Origin: Squalus acanthias
Taxonomy: Eukaryota
Length of the DNA stretch: 64,000 nt
NCBI GenBank assembly: GCA_030390025.1
Contig: JASTWF010000344.1
Coordinates: 310,001-374,000, forward strand
Direction: 5' to 3'
The stretch's first letter is position 1. Every line of letters begins with the position of its first letter. The notes under the pieces were generated by a model, which was given only the letters and a program-made list of their open reading frames with translations, had not been told where the DNA came from and did no database searches. Both the position numbers and the translations under genes were made by a program. Of this stretch, positions 12,472-24,759 are shown one piece after another.

Positions 12472-13242
12472 TTGGCAGCAAACACTGATCTCCAACTGGT
12501 ACAAAATGTCAAGATTCTTTTTTAAAAGCTGCTGGAAAAAAAATAAATGAAAGGGACACAAACGGGAGCAAGAGTGCGCCCCTGGTAAACACTCGCTGTA
12601 ATACAATTTCTGTCCATGCACTTAGCTCTCGTATCAGATCATTCTCTCGCTCACTTTCTCAGCAACATACAACAAGGCAGTGGCTTTTGCTGAAGACAAG
12701 CGCAGTGAGGGGAACGGGGCAGGAGAGAGAAACCACAGACAAATATAAAAATATAAATAAAAATCGAGCAGCACGGGAGATACAATGGCAACAGCGACTG
12801 AGGGGATCCTCGGACTGGTGACTTCAGGTTAATGATAATGTCACCGCCCTATCGGGCTGCAGCTGCCGTGTGTTGCTGTCAGTTGTTAGCTCACAGGTAG
12901 ATTCCTCACTATATAAACCTGCCGATGATAATGACGCACTGACAGCCCACCGTGGCCGAGAGGACAACAGAAATGGGTAACGGAAAATAAAACAAGAGGC
13001 CCGGGGATGAAATGGAGTCAATGAAAGGCTGCAATGGAGGAGCACGCCACACAGCTGCAAGCGCTATACTTGGTTCATTCAGGGTCGCGGTGTTGCAAGC
13101 TCGCATCAAGAAGCGCAATTCATTGCACCTTACGCTCTCACGCTAACATCATTCCACCAGTCGCACTCGGTCGCTCAGTTTCCGCTCCCTGGCGGGTTTT
13201 TGGCCTGCTTCGCCGGTCTGTCCAGGGTCCGAGTGTCCCATT

Positions 13243-13454
13243 CTACAGGCGATCCATGCGGAAAGTATCCTCTGTAGCAGGATCTGTCAGCACCATGTCC
13301 GGGTCATTCAGCATGTGCAGACCGTCCAGCGTTAAGGGGTCAATTTTCAGTTCATCGAGAGGAAACTGGGAGTCGGTGTCAAAGGTCACATCTCCAACGC
13401 CCGCGAGCGAATTGGTCAGCTCCTTCGACAGACTGGGGGGAGACTCTCCCGTCA
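13243..13454 (-). CDS. CRTC1: CRTC1 terminal coding exon, C-terminal transactivation (TORC_C) region: (V)[22 protein letters not shown]...EDTFRMDRL*
   Basis: ccctcAG|TG completes the phase-1 GTG codon; stop TAG at 13245-13243; nearly identical to the CRTC1 C-terminus [39 protein letters not shown]. Confidence 0.97.
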
Positions 13455-13764
13455 CTGAGGGGGAAAGACAGCGAGACAGGTCGGGTTAGCACAACACAGC
13501 AGCTACACACAACTATCAGTAGCGAACCCCTAACCCGATAATCCCAACCCCAGGCAACCCCCGACCCCCAGGAACCTCCAACCCCCTGGCCTCGCCCCCA
13601 CAGGTTTACCCAACCAAGTTTATTTTTTAAAAATGTTGAATTTCTTAGTGAGTAATTCGCGCTGCTTTGAGTTTTTTCTGACACCCCGAAGGGCTGTAGT
13701 GGATACGATGTCTCGCTGCACTCACTCCTGGGGTAGAGTCAGGGTAAGCCCACTGATTTAACAA

Positions 13765-14731
13765 ATATTCATTCCTGGGTTGTTGGCGTTGCTGACAAGG
13801 CCGGAATTTATTGCCCGTCTCTAGTTGCCCTTGAGAAGGTGGTGGTGAGCCGCCGCCTTGAACCGCTGCAGTCCGTGTGGTGAAGGTGCTCCCACAGTGC
13901 TGTTAGGGAGTTCCAGGATTTTGACCCAGCGACGATGAAGGAACAGGATGGTGTGTGACTTGGAGGGGAACTTGGAGGTGGTGGTGTTCCCATGCGCCTG
14001 CTGCCCTTGTCCTTCTAGGTGGAAGAGGTCGTGGGTTTGGGAGGTGCTGCCGAAGAAGCCTTGGCGAGTTGCTGCAGTGCATCTTGTAGATGGTACACAC
14101 TGCAGCCACGGTGCGCTGGTGGTGGAGGGAGTGAATGTTTAAGGTGGCGGATGGGGTGCCAATCAAGCGGGCTGCTTTGTCCTGGATGGTGTCGAGCTTC
14201 TTGAGTGTTGTTGGAGCTGCACTCATCCAGACAAGTGGAGAGTATTCCATCACACTCCTTACTTGTGCCTTGTAGATGGTGGAAAGGCTTTGGGGAGTCA
14301 GGAGGGGAGTCACTCGCCGCAGAATACCTAGCCTTGACCTGCTCTTGTTGCCACAGTATTTATGTGGCTGGTCCAGTTAAGTTTCTGGTTAATGGCGACC
14401 CCCAGGATGTTGATGGTGGGGGATTCGGTGATGGTAATGCCACTGAATGTCAAGGGGCTGTGGTTAGACTCTCGCTTGTTGGAGAAAATCATTGCCTGGC
14501 ACTTGTGTGGCGCAAATGTTACCTGCCATTTATCAGCCCAAGCTTAAATGTTGTCCAGGTCTTGCTACATGTGGGCATGGACTGTTTCATTATCTGAGGA
14601 GTTGTGAATGGAGCCGAACTCTGTGCAATCATCAGTGAACATTGCCACTTCTGACCTTATGATGGGGGGAGGGGGTGCTGGAGGTCATTGATGGAGCAGC
14701 TGAAGATGGTTGGGCCTAGGACACTGCCCTG
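13765..14731 (-). mobile_element. L2-type LINE 3' fragment in the last CRTC1 intron
   Basis: Minus ORF IYKAQVRSVMEYSPL..TIQDKAARLIG; gaatgaat-type tail; same family as 15399-16446. Confidence 0.85.
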
Positions 14732-15398
14732 ATTCAGTGTGAATGCAGGTTTAGGCAATGCAGAAGTCCCTCATTCAACAGGGAGTAGAGTGTCACAGTG
14801 CTTGGAGCGGAGAAGGTGGCTGGTGAGATAACAAACAGTGGCAGGAAGTGCTGCGATACGGGGCACTGCAGCCCTCTGGCAGTGATCAGTAGTGATGAGG
14901 CTTCTCCCAGCAGCCTGCTGGGCAGCCCTTCCACACAGAACAACGTCTTGCCATTAGGGAATATGATAACATTTTGAGTTTCCCTACAGCAGTCTGGGGT
15001 CAGGCCCAGGGAAGGAAGGACCAGCTTTCCCCTGCAAGCCTGTAAGAGTGACAGGTGGCACGATATTCACCCATAGAGCCATCACAGTTAGGCCTGATCT
15101 TGTCCACAAACATGCACTTTGCAGAAGGTGTCAATGGATGATCTGCCCCCTGCACCCATGCCCTCGCCCATGGACACTGAGGCTAGTTGTAGGCCCCTGC
15201 CACCTCTTTATCTTCCTGGGTAAACCATTTGGACTCCTGTCGGAAGCTGCAGTAACTGTGACAAACTGCAGCGGCAAGTCGATCCATGCAACCGAGGGAG
15301 AGGATATTATATGACATTTCTTTTAGATTAGAGTCTCAGGACAAGTACAGTATGGGTTAGATACAGAGTAAAGTTCCCTCTACACTGTCCCATCAAAC

Positions 15399-16446
15399 CA
15401 CTGGTTGTGGTGATTGAAGGTCAATCATCACAGCCCCAGGACATCACTGCAGGAGTTCCTCAGGGCAGAGTCCTAGGCCCAACCATCTTCAGCTGCTTCA
15501 TCAATGACCTTCCCTCCAACATAAGGTCAGAAATGGGGATGTTCGCTGATGACTGCACAGTGTTCAGTTCCATTCACAACTCCTCAGATAATGAAGCAGT
15601 CCATGCCCGCATGTAACAAGACCTGGACGACGTTCAGGCTTGGGTTGATAAGTGGCAGGTAACATTCGCGCCACAGAAGTGCCAGGCAATGACTATCTCC
15701 AACAAGCGAGAGTTTAACCACCGCACCTTGACATTCAATGGCATTACCATCGCCGAATCCCCCACCATCAACATCCTGGGGGTCACCATTGACCAGAAAC
15801 TTAACTGGACCAGCCACATAAATACTGTGGCAACATGAGCAGGTCAGAGGCTAGGTATTCTGCGGCGAGTGTCTCACCGCCTGACTCCCCAAAGCCTTTC
15901 CACCATCTACAAGGCACAAGTAAGGAGTGTGATGGAATACTCTCCACTTGCCTGGATGAGTGCAGCTCCAGCAACACTCAAGAAGCTCGACACCATCCAG
16001 GACAAAGCAGCCCACTTGATTGGCACCCCATCCACCACCTTAAACATTCACTCCCTCCACCACTGGTGTACCGTGGCTGCAGTATGTACCATCTACAAGA
16101 TGCACTGCAGCAACTCGCCAAGGGTTCTTTGACAGCACCTCCCAAACCCACGAGCTCTACCACCTAGAAGGACAATGGCAGCAGGCGCATGGGAACACCA
16201 TCACCTCCAAGTTCCCCTCCAAGTCACACGCCATCCTGACTTGGAAGTATATCGCCGATCCTTCATCATCACTGGGTCAAAATCCTGGAACTCCCTACCT
16301 AACAGCACTGTGGGAGTACCTTCATCACACGGACTGCAGCGGTTCAACTCGGCAGCTCACCACCACCTTCTCAAGGGCAATTAGGGATGGGCAACAAATG
16401 CTGGCCTTGTCAGCGACGCCCACATCCCATAAACGAATAAAAAAAA
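15399..16446 (+). mobile_element. L2-type LINE 3' fragment (RT C-terminal half and 3' UTR)
   Basis: GVPQG.VLGP and MFADD motifs; A-rich tail. Confidence 0.88.
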
Positions 16447-16447
16447 C

Positions 16448-16737
16448 CTCCCAGGGCAGGTACAGCACGGGTTAGATACAGAGTAAAGCTCCCTCTACAC
16501 TGTCCCATCAAACACTCCCAGGGCAGGTACAGCACGGGGTTAGATACAGAGTAAAGCTCCCTCTACACTGTCCCATCAAACACTCCCAGGGCAGGTACAG
16601 CACGGGGTTAGATACAGAGTAAAGCTCCCTCTACACTGTCCCATCAAACACTCCCAGGGCAGGTACAGCATGGGTTAGATACAGAGTAAAGCTCCCTCTA
16701 CACTGTCCCATCACACACTCCCAGGGCAGGTACAGCA
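16448..16737. repeat. 67/68-bp tandem repeat (ctcccagggcaggtacagcacgggttagatacagagtaaagctccctctacactgtcccatcaaaca), ~4.3 copies, plus one diverged copy at 15338-15398
   Basis: Direct tandem copies on both sides of the L2 insertion. Confidence 0.9.
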
Positions 16738-17125
16738 TCTTATAATGTGGGGGCAGCATCGGGGAGTGATTGTGGGAGGATTGCAGGGGTTAACATGGTG
16801 AGATGGCAGTACTGGGATCCTTCCCGCGTTCCCTCCATGCCGCCCCAGCATTGTGTCTCAACTCCAAATAGCCCAGTCTGTTTCAGTGCGACATTCCATT
16901 CCCTAGACCAGTTGTTGTCTGAATGAGATGAGCAGAGTAGCAGCGAATCATCGAATGATACAGCACAGGCAGCCGTTCGGCCTGTGCCCTGTTGGCACAG
17001 ATGTTGCTGCAGCTCGTACCCCCAATGATACCCCATGTTACACTGTACCGGGTGGTGCGGTGAATCAATGGGACGGCCAGTGTGAGGGGAGAAAGTTTGC
17101 TACAATGGCGCTGGGAGATGCTCAC

Positions 17126-17303
17126 CGGTCAGGATGATGTTGGGGATGTTCCCGTGGTTGGTGTAACTGAGCTGTGAGTCCTGCAGACTCCCGTGGCTCC
17201 CCGTCAGTCCCATCATGGCCGCCTGCGAGTAGTTCAGAGTCGAGATTTGGTTGTACAGGCTGTTGGTGCTGCTCGGGCTCTCGATCATGTTAAACTGTTC
17301 AAG
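17126..17303 (-). CDS. CRTC1: CRTC1 penultimate coding exon: [59 protein letters not shown]
   Basis: ttttAG|CTT...ACC G|GTGAG; 178 nt, phase 0-1; conserved LEQFNM and IPNIILT motifs. Confidence 0.95.
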
Positions 17304-17574
17304 CTAAAATAAAGAACGCAATAGTTAGAGTCTTACCCCCAACCCGTCCCGGGACCCCCGGACGAATATTGCGGCACCCAAAAAACCTGGAAGTATTCCA
17401 GCCAGCAACAGATATCCCCACATCACACCTGTAGCCCGGTGGCAACTAATCCGAACATTAAAGTAAATAAATGTCAAATACAGGACAAAATTGAAGGATA
17501 AAGGCAGAAGACAGAAGTTTCCAAAATTGGGTCAGTTTTAACACTTTGTGATTTGTCACGTTGCTCACCCTGCC

Positions 17575-19877
17575 CACCCAGTGTGACAGGGAGTTGGCCT
17601 GGGCTCTTACCCAGTGTGACAGGGAGTCGGCCTGGGCTCTTACCCAGTGTGACAGGGAGTTGGCCTGGGCTCTTACCCAGTGTGACAGGGAGTTGGCCTG
17701 GGCTCTTACCCAGTGTGACAAGGAGTTGGCCTGGGCTCTTACCCAGTATGACAGGGAGTTGGCCTGGGCCCTTACCCAGTGTGACAGGGAGTTGGCCTGG
17801 GCCCTTACCCGGTGTGACAGGGAGTTGGCCTGGGCCCTTACCCAGTGTGACAGGGAGTTGGCCTGGGCCCTTACCCAGTGTGACAGGGAGTTGGCCTGGG
17901 CTCTTACCTGGTGTGACAGGGAGTTGGCCTGGGCCCTTACCCAGTGTGACAGGGAGTTGGCCTGGGCTCTTACCCGGTGTGACAGGGAGTTGGCCTGGGC
18001 TCTTACCCGGTGTGACAGGGAGTTGGCCTGGGCTCTTACCTGGTGTGACAGGGAGTTGGCCTGGGCCCTTACCCAGTGTGACAATGAGTTGGCCTGGGCT
18101 CTTACCCAGTGTGACAATGAGTTGGCCTGTGCTCTTACCCAGTGTGACAGGGAGTTGGCCTCGGCTCTTACCCAGTGTGACAGGGAGTTGGCCTGGGCTC
18201 TTATCCAGTGTGACAGGGAGTTGGCCTGGGCTCTTACCCGGTGTGACAGGGAGTTGGCCTGGGCTCTTACCTGGTGTGACAGGGAGTCGGCCTGGGCCCT
18301 TACCCAGTGTTACAGGGAGTTGGCCTGGGCTCTTACCCGGTGTGACAGGGAGTCGGCCTGGGCCCTTACCTGGTGTGACAGGGAGTTGGCCTGGGCTCTT
18401 ACCCGGTGTGACAGGGAGTTGGCCTGGGCTCTTACCTGGTGTGACAGGGAGTTGGCCTGGGCCCTTACCCAGTGTGACAGGGAGTTGGCCTGGGCTCTTA
18501 CCCAGTGTGACAGGGAGTTGGCCTGGGCCCTTACCCAGTGTGACAGGGAGTTGGCCTGGGCTCTTACCCAGTGTGACAGGGAGTTGGCCTGGGCCCTTAC
18601 CCAGTGTGACAGGGAGTTGGCCTGGGCTCTTACCCAGTGTGACAGGGAGTTGGCCTGGGCCCTTACCCAGTGTGACAGGGAGTTGGCCTGGGCCTTACCC
18701 AGTGTGACAGGGAGTTGGCCTGGGCTCTTACCCGGTGTGACAGGGAGTTGGCCTGGGCTCTTACCTGGTGTGACAGGGAGTTGGCCTGGGCTCTTACCCA
18801 GTGTGACAGGGAGTTGGCCTGGGCCCTTACCCAGTGTGACAGGGAGTTGGCCTGGGCTCTTACCCGGTGTGACAGGGAGTTGGCCTGGGCTCTTACCTGG
18901 TGTGACAGGGAGTTGGCCTGGGCTCTTACCCAGTGTGACAGGGAGTTGGCCTGGGCCCTTACCCAGTGTGACAGGGAGTCGGCCTGGGCCCTTACCCAGT
19001 GTGACAGGGAGTTGGCCTGGGCTCTTACCTGGTGTGACAGGGAGTTGGCCTGGGCTCTTACCTGGTGTGACAGGGAGTTGGCCTGGGCTCTTACCCAGTG
19101 TGACAGGGAGTTGGCCTGGGCTCTTACCCAGTGTGACAAGGAGTTGGCCTGGGCTCTTACCTGGTGTGACAGGGAGTTGGCCTGGGTTCTTACCCAGTGT
19201 GACAAGGAGTTGGCCTGGGCTCTTACCTGGTGTGACAGGGAGTTGGCCTGGGCTCTTACCCAGTGTGACAGGGAGTTGGCCTGGGCTCTTACCTGGTGTG
19301 ACAGGGAGTTGGCCTGGGCCCTTACCCGGTGTGACAGGGAGTTGGCCTGGGCTCTTACCCAGTGTGACAGGGAGTTGGCCTGGGCCCTTACCCGGTGTGA
19401 CAGGGAGTTGGCCTGGGCTCTTACCTGGTGTGACAGGGAGTTGGCCTGGGCCCTTACCCGGTGTGACAGGGAGTTGGCCTGGGCTCTTACCCAGTGTGAC
19501 AGGGAGTTGGCCTGGGCTCTTACCTGGTGTGACAGGGAGTTGGCCTGGGCCCTTACCCAGTGTGACAGGGAGTTGGCCTGGGCTCTTACCCAGTGTGACA
19601 GGGAGTTGGCCTGGGCTCTTACCTGGTGTGACAGGGAGTTGGCCTGGGCTCTTACCTGGTGTGACAGGGAGTTGGCCTGGGCTCTTACCCGGTGTGACAG
19701 GGAGTTGGCCTGGGCTCTTACCTGGTGTGACAGGGAGTTGGCCTGGGCTCTTACCCGGTGTGACAGGGAGTTGGCCTGGGCTCTTACCCAGTGTGACAGG
19801 GAGTTGGCCTGGGCTCTTACCTGGTGTGACAGGGAGTTGGCCTGGGCTCTTACCTGGTGTGACAGGGAGTTGGCCTG
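17575..19877 (-). repeat. 33-bp minisatellite, 70 units, derived from the CRTC1 exon end and 5' splice site (CAGGCCAACTCCCTGTCACACYRG|GTAAGRGCC)
   Basis: The first unit is the exon 3' end (QANSLSHQ) followed by the donor; one 32-bp unit at ~18667-18698. Confidence 0.95.
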
Positions 19878-19934
19878 CCTATTTGTCAGCTGCTGCTCGT
19901 AATAATCTCCAAAAACACTCCCAAGTATGGACGT
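19854..19934 (-). CDS. CRTC1: CRTC1 coding exon (3rd from last): TSILGSVFGDYYEQQLTNRQANSLSHQ
   Basis: Polypyrimidine tract + caacAG|ACG...CAG|GTAAGA; 81 nt, phase 0-0; matches CRTC1 TLGSVFGDAYYEQQ...RQANALSHQ; its 3' end and donor form the unit of the 33-bp array. Confidence 0.92.
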
Positions 19935-20699
19935 CTGTTGGAAAGAGGGCAGAGAGTTTATTGTTCAGAGACGAGACATTTATCGTACACTGATCATCCT
20001 GTGACTGACGCGCGCACACACGCTTCCCAGACTGCTTCATTCAGTCGTGTTACAGTCTAGAATGCAATCCCAGGTAACAAGTCATACTGCGGTGGACACC
20101 AGACCTCCTCTTCACACCACGCTGTGCCCCACAGGCCAGGCATATCTCATCTGCACCCAGTCCCTGACATCATCCACTCTATACTGGGCCACTGGACAGT
20201 CCAGGGAGCTGGCCATGTAGGGAGACTTATGTTGCCCCTCCCTGGATGTCACATCCTCCACTCCTAAACGCTGGATGGGATTGGATAGGTGGGTAAATGT
20301 GATGAGGACTAGTTTCTCGTGGAGGGTAAATGCCGGCTCAGACTGTTTGGGCCGAGTGGCCTGTTTCCATGTTGTAACTCCTGTGTGTTTGTACGATGCA
20401 GCCACTGAGCGAGTGGCGAGTCATCCTGTGGCAAACCGGCTGCAGCTCAGCGAACTTGACAGTCCAACTTTGGGAAAAGCTTTGTCAGGATTCACAAGGA
20501 AAACACGCCACACATGAGCTGCAGGAAAGCAGGGCACAACAACAGTAACAGCACCTCCAACATGCAGTGGCTGAACTAGACTGGGTCCATCACAGCAAGC
20601 ACTGGATCCAGCTCCAGCATTATGGTCCGACCCTCCCCACCCCAGGGCCCACTCGCCACCCCCCATGGGGCCCCCTCTCGATCACCACCATCCCCACCG

Positions 20700-22360
20700 G
20701 GGTCCACTCGCCGCCCCCTCCACCCCGGGGCCCCCTCTCTACCCACTCCCCCCCAGCCCACCCTCCACCCACCCCGGGCCCCCTCTCTACCCACTCCCCC
20801 CCGGCCCACCCTCCACCCACCCCCCACCCCGGGCCCCCTCTCTACCCACTCCCCCCCGGCCCACCCTCCACCCACCCCGGGCCCCCTCTCTACCCACTCC
20901 GCCCCCGGCCCACCCTCCACCCCGGGCCCCCTCTCTACCCACTCCCCCCCCGGCCCACCCTCCACCCCGGGGCCCCCTCTCTACCCACTCCCCCCCCGGC
21001 CCACCCTCCACCCCGGGCCCCCTCTCTACCCACTCCCCCCCCGGCCCACCCTCCACCCACCCCGGGCCCCCTCTCTACCCACTCCCCCCCCGGCCCACCC
21101 TCCACCCACCCCCCACCCCGGGCCCCCTCTCTACCCCACTCCCCCCCCGGCCCACCCTCCACCCACCCCGGGCCCCCTCTCTACCCACTCCGCCCCCGGC
21201 CCACCCTCCACCCCGGGCCCCCTCTCTACCCACTCCCCCCCCGGCCCACCCTCCACCCCGGGGCCCCCTCTCTACCCACTCCCCCCCCGGCCCACCCTCC
21301 ACCCCGGGCCCCCTCTCTACCCACTCCCCCCCCCGGCCCACCCTCCACCCCGGGCCCCCTCTCTACCCCACTCCCCCCCCGGCCCACCCTCCACCCCGGG
21401 GCCCCCTCTCTACCCACTCCCCCCCCGGCCCACCCTCCACCCCCGGGCCCCCTCTCTACCCACTCCCCCCCCGGCCCACCCTCCACCCACCCCGGGCCCC
21501 CTCTCTACCCACTCCCCCCCGGCCCACCCTCCACCCACCCCGGGCCCCCTCTCTACCCACTCCGCCCCCGGCCCACCCTCCACCCCGGGCCCCCTCTCTA
21601 CCCACTCCCCCCCCGGCCCACCCTCCACCCACCCCGGGCCCCCTCTCTACCCACTCCCCCCCTCCACCCACCCCCCACCCCGGGCACCCTCTCTACCCAC
21701 TCCCCCCCGGCCCACCCTCCACCCCGGGCCCCCTCTCTACCCACTCCCCCCCCGGCCCACCCTCCACCCACCCCGGGCCCCCTCTCTACCCACTCCCCCC
21801 CCCGGCCCACCCTCCACCCCGGGCCCCCTCTCTACCCACTCCCCCCCCCGGCCCACCCTCCACCCCGGGCCCCCCTCTCTACCCACTTCCCCCCCGGCCC
21901 ACCCTCCACCCACCCCCCACCCCGGGCCCCCTCTCTACCCACTCCCCCCCCCGGCCCACCCTCCACCCACCCCCCACCCCGGGCCCCCTCTCTACCCACT
22001 CCCCCCCGGCCCACCCTCCACCCACCCCGGGGCCCCCTCTCACCCAACCCCCACCCCGGGCACCCTCTCTACCCACTCCCCCCTGGGGCCCCCTCTCTAC
22101 CCACTCCCCCCCGGCCCACTCTCCACCCAACCCCCACCCCGGGGCCCCCTCTCCACCCACCCCGGGGCCCCCTCTCCACCCACCCCCCCACCCCCCCACC
22201 CCGGGGCCCCCTCTCCACCCACCCCGGCCCACTTTCCACCCACCCCCCCACCCCGGGCCCCCCACTCCCCACCCCGGGGCCCCCTCTCCACCCCTGCCCC
22301 CACCCCAGGGCCCCCTCCCCACCACCCCGGGGCCCCCTCCCCACCACCCCGGGGCCCCCT
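20700..22360. repeat. C-rich (G-rich on the transcribed strand) variable ~43-55-bp minisatellite (ccccgggccccctctctacccactccccccccggcccaccctcca)
   Basis: Tandem copies, degenerating toward 22360. Confidence 0.92.
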
Positions 22361-23057
22361 CTCTCTCCCCAGGGAGTGCCTCCTGCTCACTCTCTCCCCC
22401 CAGGGAGTGCTTCCTGCTCACTCCCGCTCACTCTCTCCCCAGAGAGCGCTTCCTGCTCACTCCCGCTCACTCTCTCCCCCCAGGGAGTGCTTCCTGCTCA
22501 CTCCCGCTCACTCTCTCCCCCCAGGGAGTGCTTCCTGCTCACTCCCGCTCACTCTCTCCCCAGAGAGCGCTTCCTGCTCACTCCCGCTCACTCTCTCCCC
22601 CCAAGGAGTGCTTCCTGCTCACTCCCGCTCACTCTCTCCCCCCAGGGAGTGCTTCCTGCTCACTCCCGCTCACTCTCTCCCCAGAGAGCGCTTCCTGCTC
22701 ACTCCCGCTCACTCTCTCCCCAGAGAGCGCTTCCTGCTCACTCCCGCTCACTCTCTCCCCCCAGGGAGTGCTTCCTGCTCACTCCCGCTCACTCTCTCCC
22801 CCCAGGGAGTGCTTCCTGCTCTCTCCCGCTCACTCTCTCCCCAGGGAGTGCTTCCTGCTCACTCCCGCTTACTTGCTCCCCAGGGAGTGCTTCCTGCTCA
22901 CTCCCGCTCACTCTCTCCCCCCAGGGAGTGCTTCCTGCTCTCTCCCGCTCACTCTCTCCCCAGGGAGTGCTTCCTGCTCACTCCCGCTCACTCTCTCCCC
23001 CCAGGGAGTGCTTCCTGCTCTCTCCCGCTCACACACTCACCCCAGGGAGTGCTTCCT
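22360..23057. repeat. 39/41-bp minisatellite (ctcactctctccccccagggagtgcttcctgctcactcccg), ~17 copies
   Basis: Tandem copies. Confidence 0.92.
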
Positions 23058-23529
23058 TCAGAAGTGAAGCAGATAAACTTGCAAGAAATTCCAGGCTCAC
23101 AGTTTGTAACATGATGCCTAATCCATCTCCTGATTTGAAGAAATTGGGATATTTTCCATAAACTGGAGAGGCAGCAATCATTGAAACATAGACTGTGATC
23201 AAATCTCTGACACGTGCACAGAAACATGCACACACACACAAACATGCAGATGTGTGCAGTCACGTACACGTGTACTGATACACGTACGCAGGCAGACATG
23301 CAGAGATACACGCGTGCACACACACTGTACAGACACGCACTCACACCTTGACGCAGTGGTAATGGAAGCATTTCAAAGACTCAAACAGTTATTGGTTAAA
23401 CAGAGAAGCACATGGTGCTGAAAGGTGACAAAGACAAAGCAAAGCGTGACACGGGGCAAGGCTGGGAGAGGGACACTGATGAATCAGTCACAACAGCAAG
23501 CCAAGCACTGGAAGCAAAGGTTCCCTTAC

Positions 23530-23631
23530 TTGAGGGGAGCTGCCTGGAGAGAAGCCTTGATTGGAGACAGGAGAGGTAGGAGACTGGTTGGCTGGAGAGC
23601 CAGCTTTACTGCGGTACTGCTGGAGGGAAGC
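23530..23631 (-). CDS. CRTC1: CRTC1 coding exon (4th from last): [34 protein letters not shown]
   Basis: Minus strand ctgtAG|GCT...CAA|GTAAGG; 102 nt, phase 0-0; matches CRTC1 [30 protein letters not shown]; absent from the ORF track in this frame. Confidence 0.93.
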
Positions 23632-24202
23632 CTACAGAACAACACAGAGTTAAGAGCCACCACTGAGGTAGGCAGAGCATAGCAACCTGTGAGGCCCCGA
23701 GAGGAACACACCTGTGAGGTAAGGATGCAGGTCTAACTATTTCAATCTCCGGTTTCCACATAAATCAGTTCATGGCTACCCGAGACCATTGCCAGATCCA
23801 AGGTGCTGAAACTAGGAGATACTTCTGATTCCAAGTCCTTTTTTTGTCGTTGAAGGTGTCCGAGGTTGGATTCCAAGAGTTCTAGTGCGGTAACAGTGAG
23901 CTGGAGAACAAACTGGTGCAATAGTACTGAGCTCTCACTCCACCCCCGCTCTCCTTCCCTCCCCGCTCTCCCCCCACTCTCCTTCCCTCACCTGCTCGCT
24001 CCCCCCCAGCTCTCCTTCCCTCCCCCTCGCTCTCTTCCCCCCCACTCTCCTTCCCTCACCTGCTCTCTCCCAAAACCCCTCGCTTTCCCGCTCGCCGCCC
24101 CCCCCCCCCCCTCTCGCGGTTCTGGCCTGCTCTCACACACTCTCTCCCGTGGGGCTCCTGCTCACTCACTCACTCTCTCCTTCGTACAGCTTTCTATCAC
24201 TT

Positions 24203-24460
24203 CCACGGCACTATTCCAAGAAGAGCAGGGGGAGTTCTCCCCGGTGTCCTGGGGCCAATATTTGTCCCTCAACCAACATCACTAAAACAGATGATCTGGT
24301 CATTATCACACTGCTGTTTGTGGGAGCTTGCAGTGTGCAATTTGGGTGCCGCGTTTCCTACATTACAACAGTGACTGCACTTCAAAAGTACTTCATTGGC
24401 TGTAAAGCGCTTTGGGACGTCCTGAGGTCATGAAAGGTGCTGTAGAAATGCAAGTTCTTT
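24203..24460 (+). mobile_element. 5'-truncated Deu-domain SINE (SacSINE1/AmnSINE1-like)
   Basis: Deu-domain-like sequence (ccggtgtcctggggccaat...ctggtcattatcacactgctgtttgtgggagcttgc...) and tail tgtaaagcgctttggga..tgaaagg..aaatgcaag. Confidence 0.8.
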
Positions 24461-24759
24461 AATGGTATCCAGGCCTAGCGAAGAAGCTGCAAGTTTTCCC
24501 GGCTGTTCGTACTGCTCAGTGCATCAGCCTGCAGCGCAAGAAGCAGGTCGGCAGATTTCAGCTCTTCTGAAAGCCCTTGTTCCCATCCAGGACCTGTGAT
24601 TGCAGACTAACTCTGCTCTTTACATGAAGATTTTATAAACAAGCTTGCCAAGCGCGAGTCAGCCGCGTGGAACTCTATAAGTTTTACTGGTGAGAATTCA
24701 GGAAGCCTCAGAATATCGATGAAGAAGTGCAGCACCCGACGATTACGACAATGGACGTC

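Noticed and set aside
17553..19993. Plus-strand repetitive ORFs (CDRELAWALTQ / SVTGSWPGLLP)n
   Set aside because: Antisense readings of the 33-bp array; only the minus frame is tied to a real exon.
20567..23161. 800-864-aa Pro-rich ORFs in all three plus frames
   Set aside because: Translation of stop-free C-rich minisatellites, antisense within a CRTC1 intron; no domain or codon signal.
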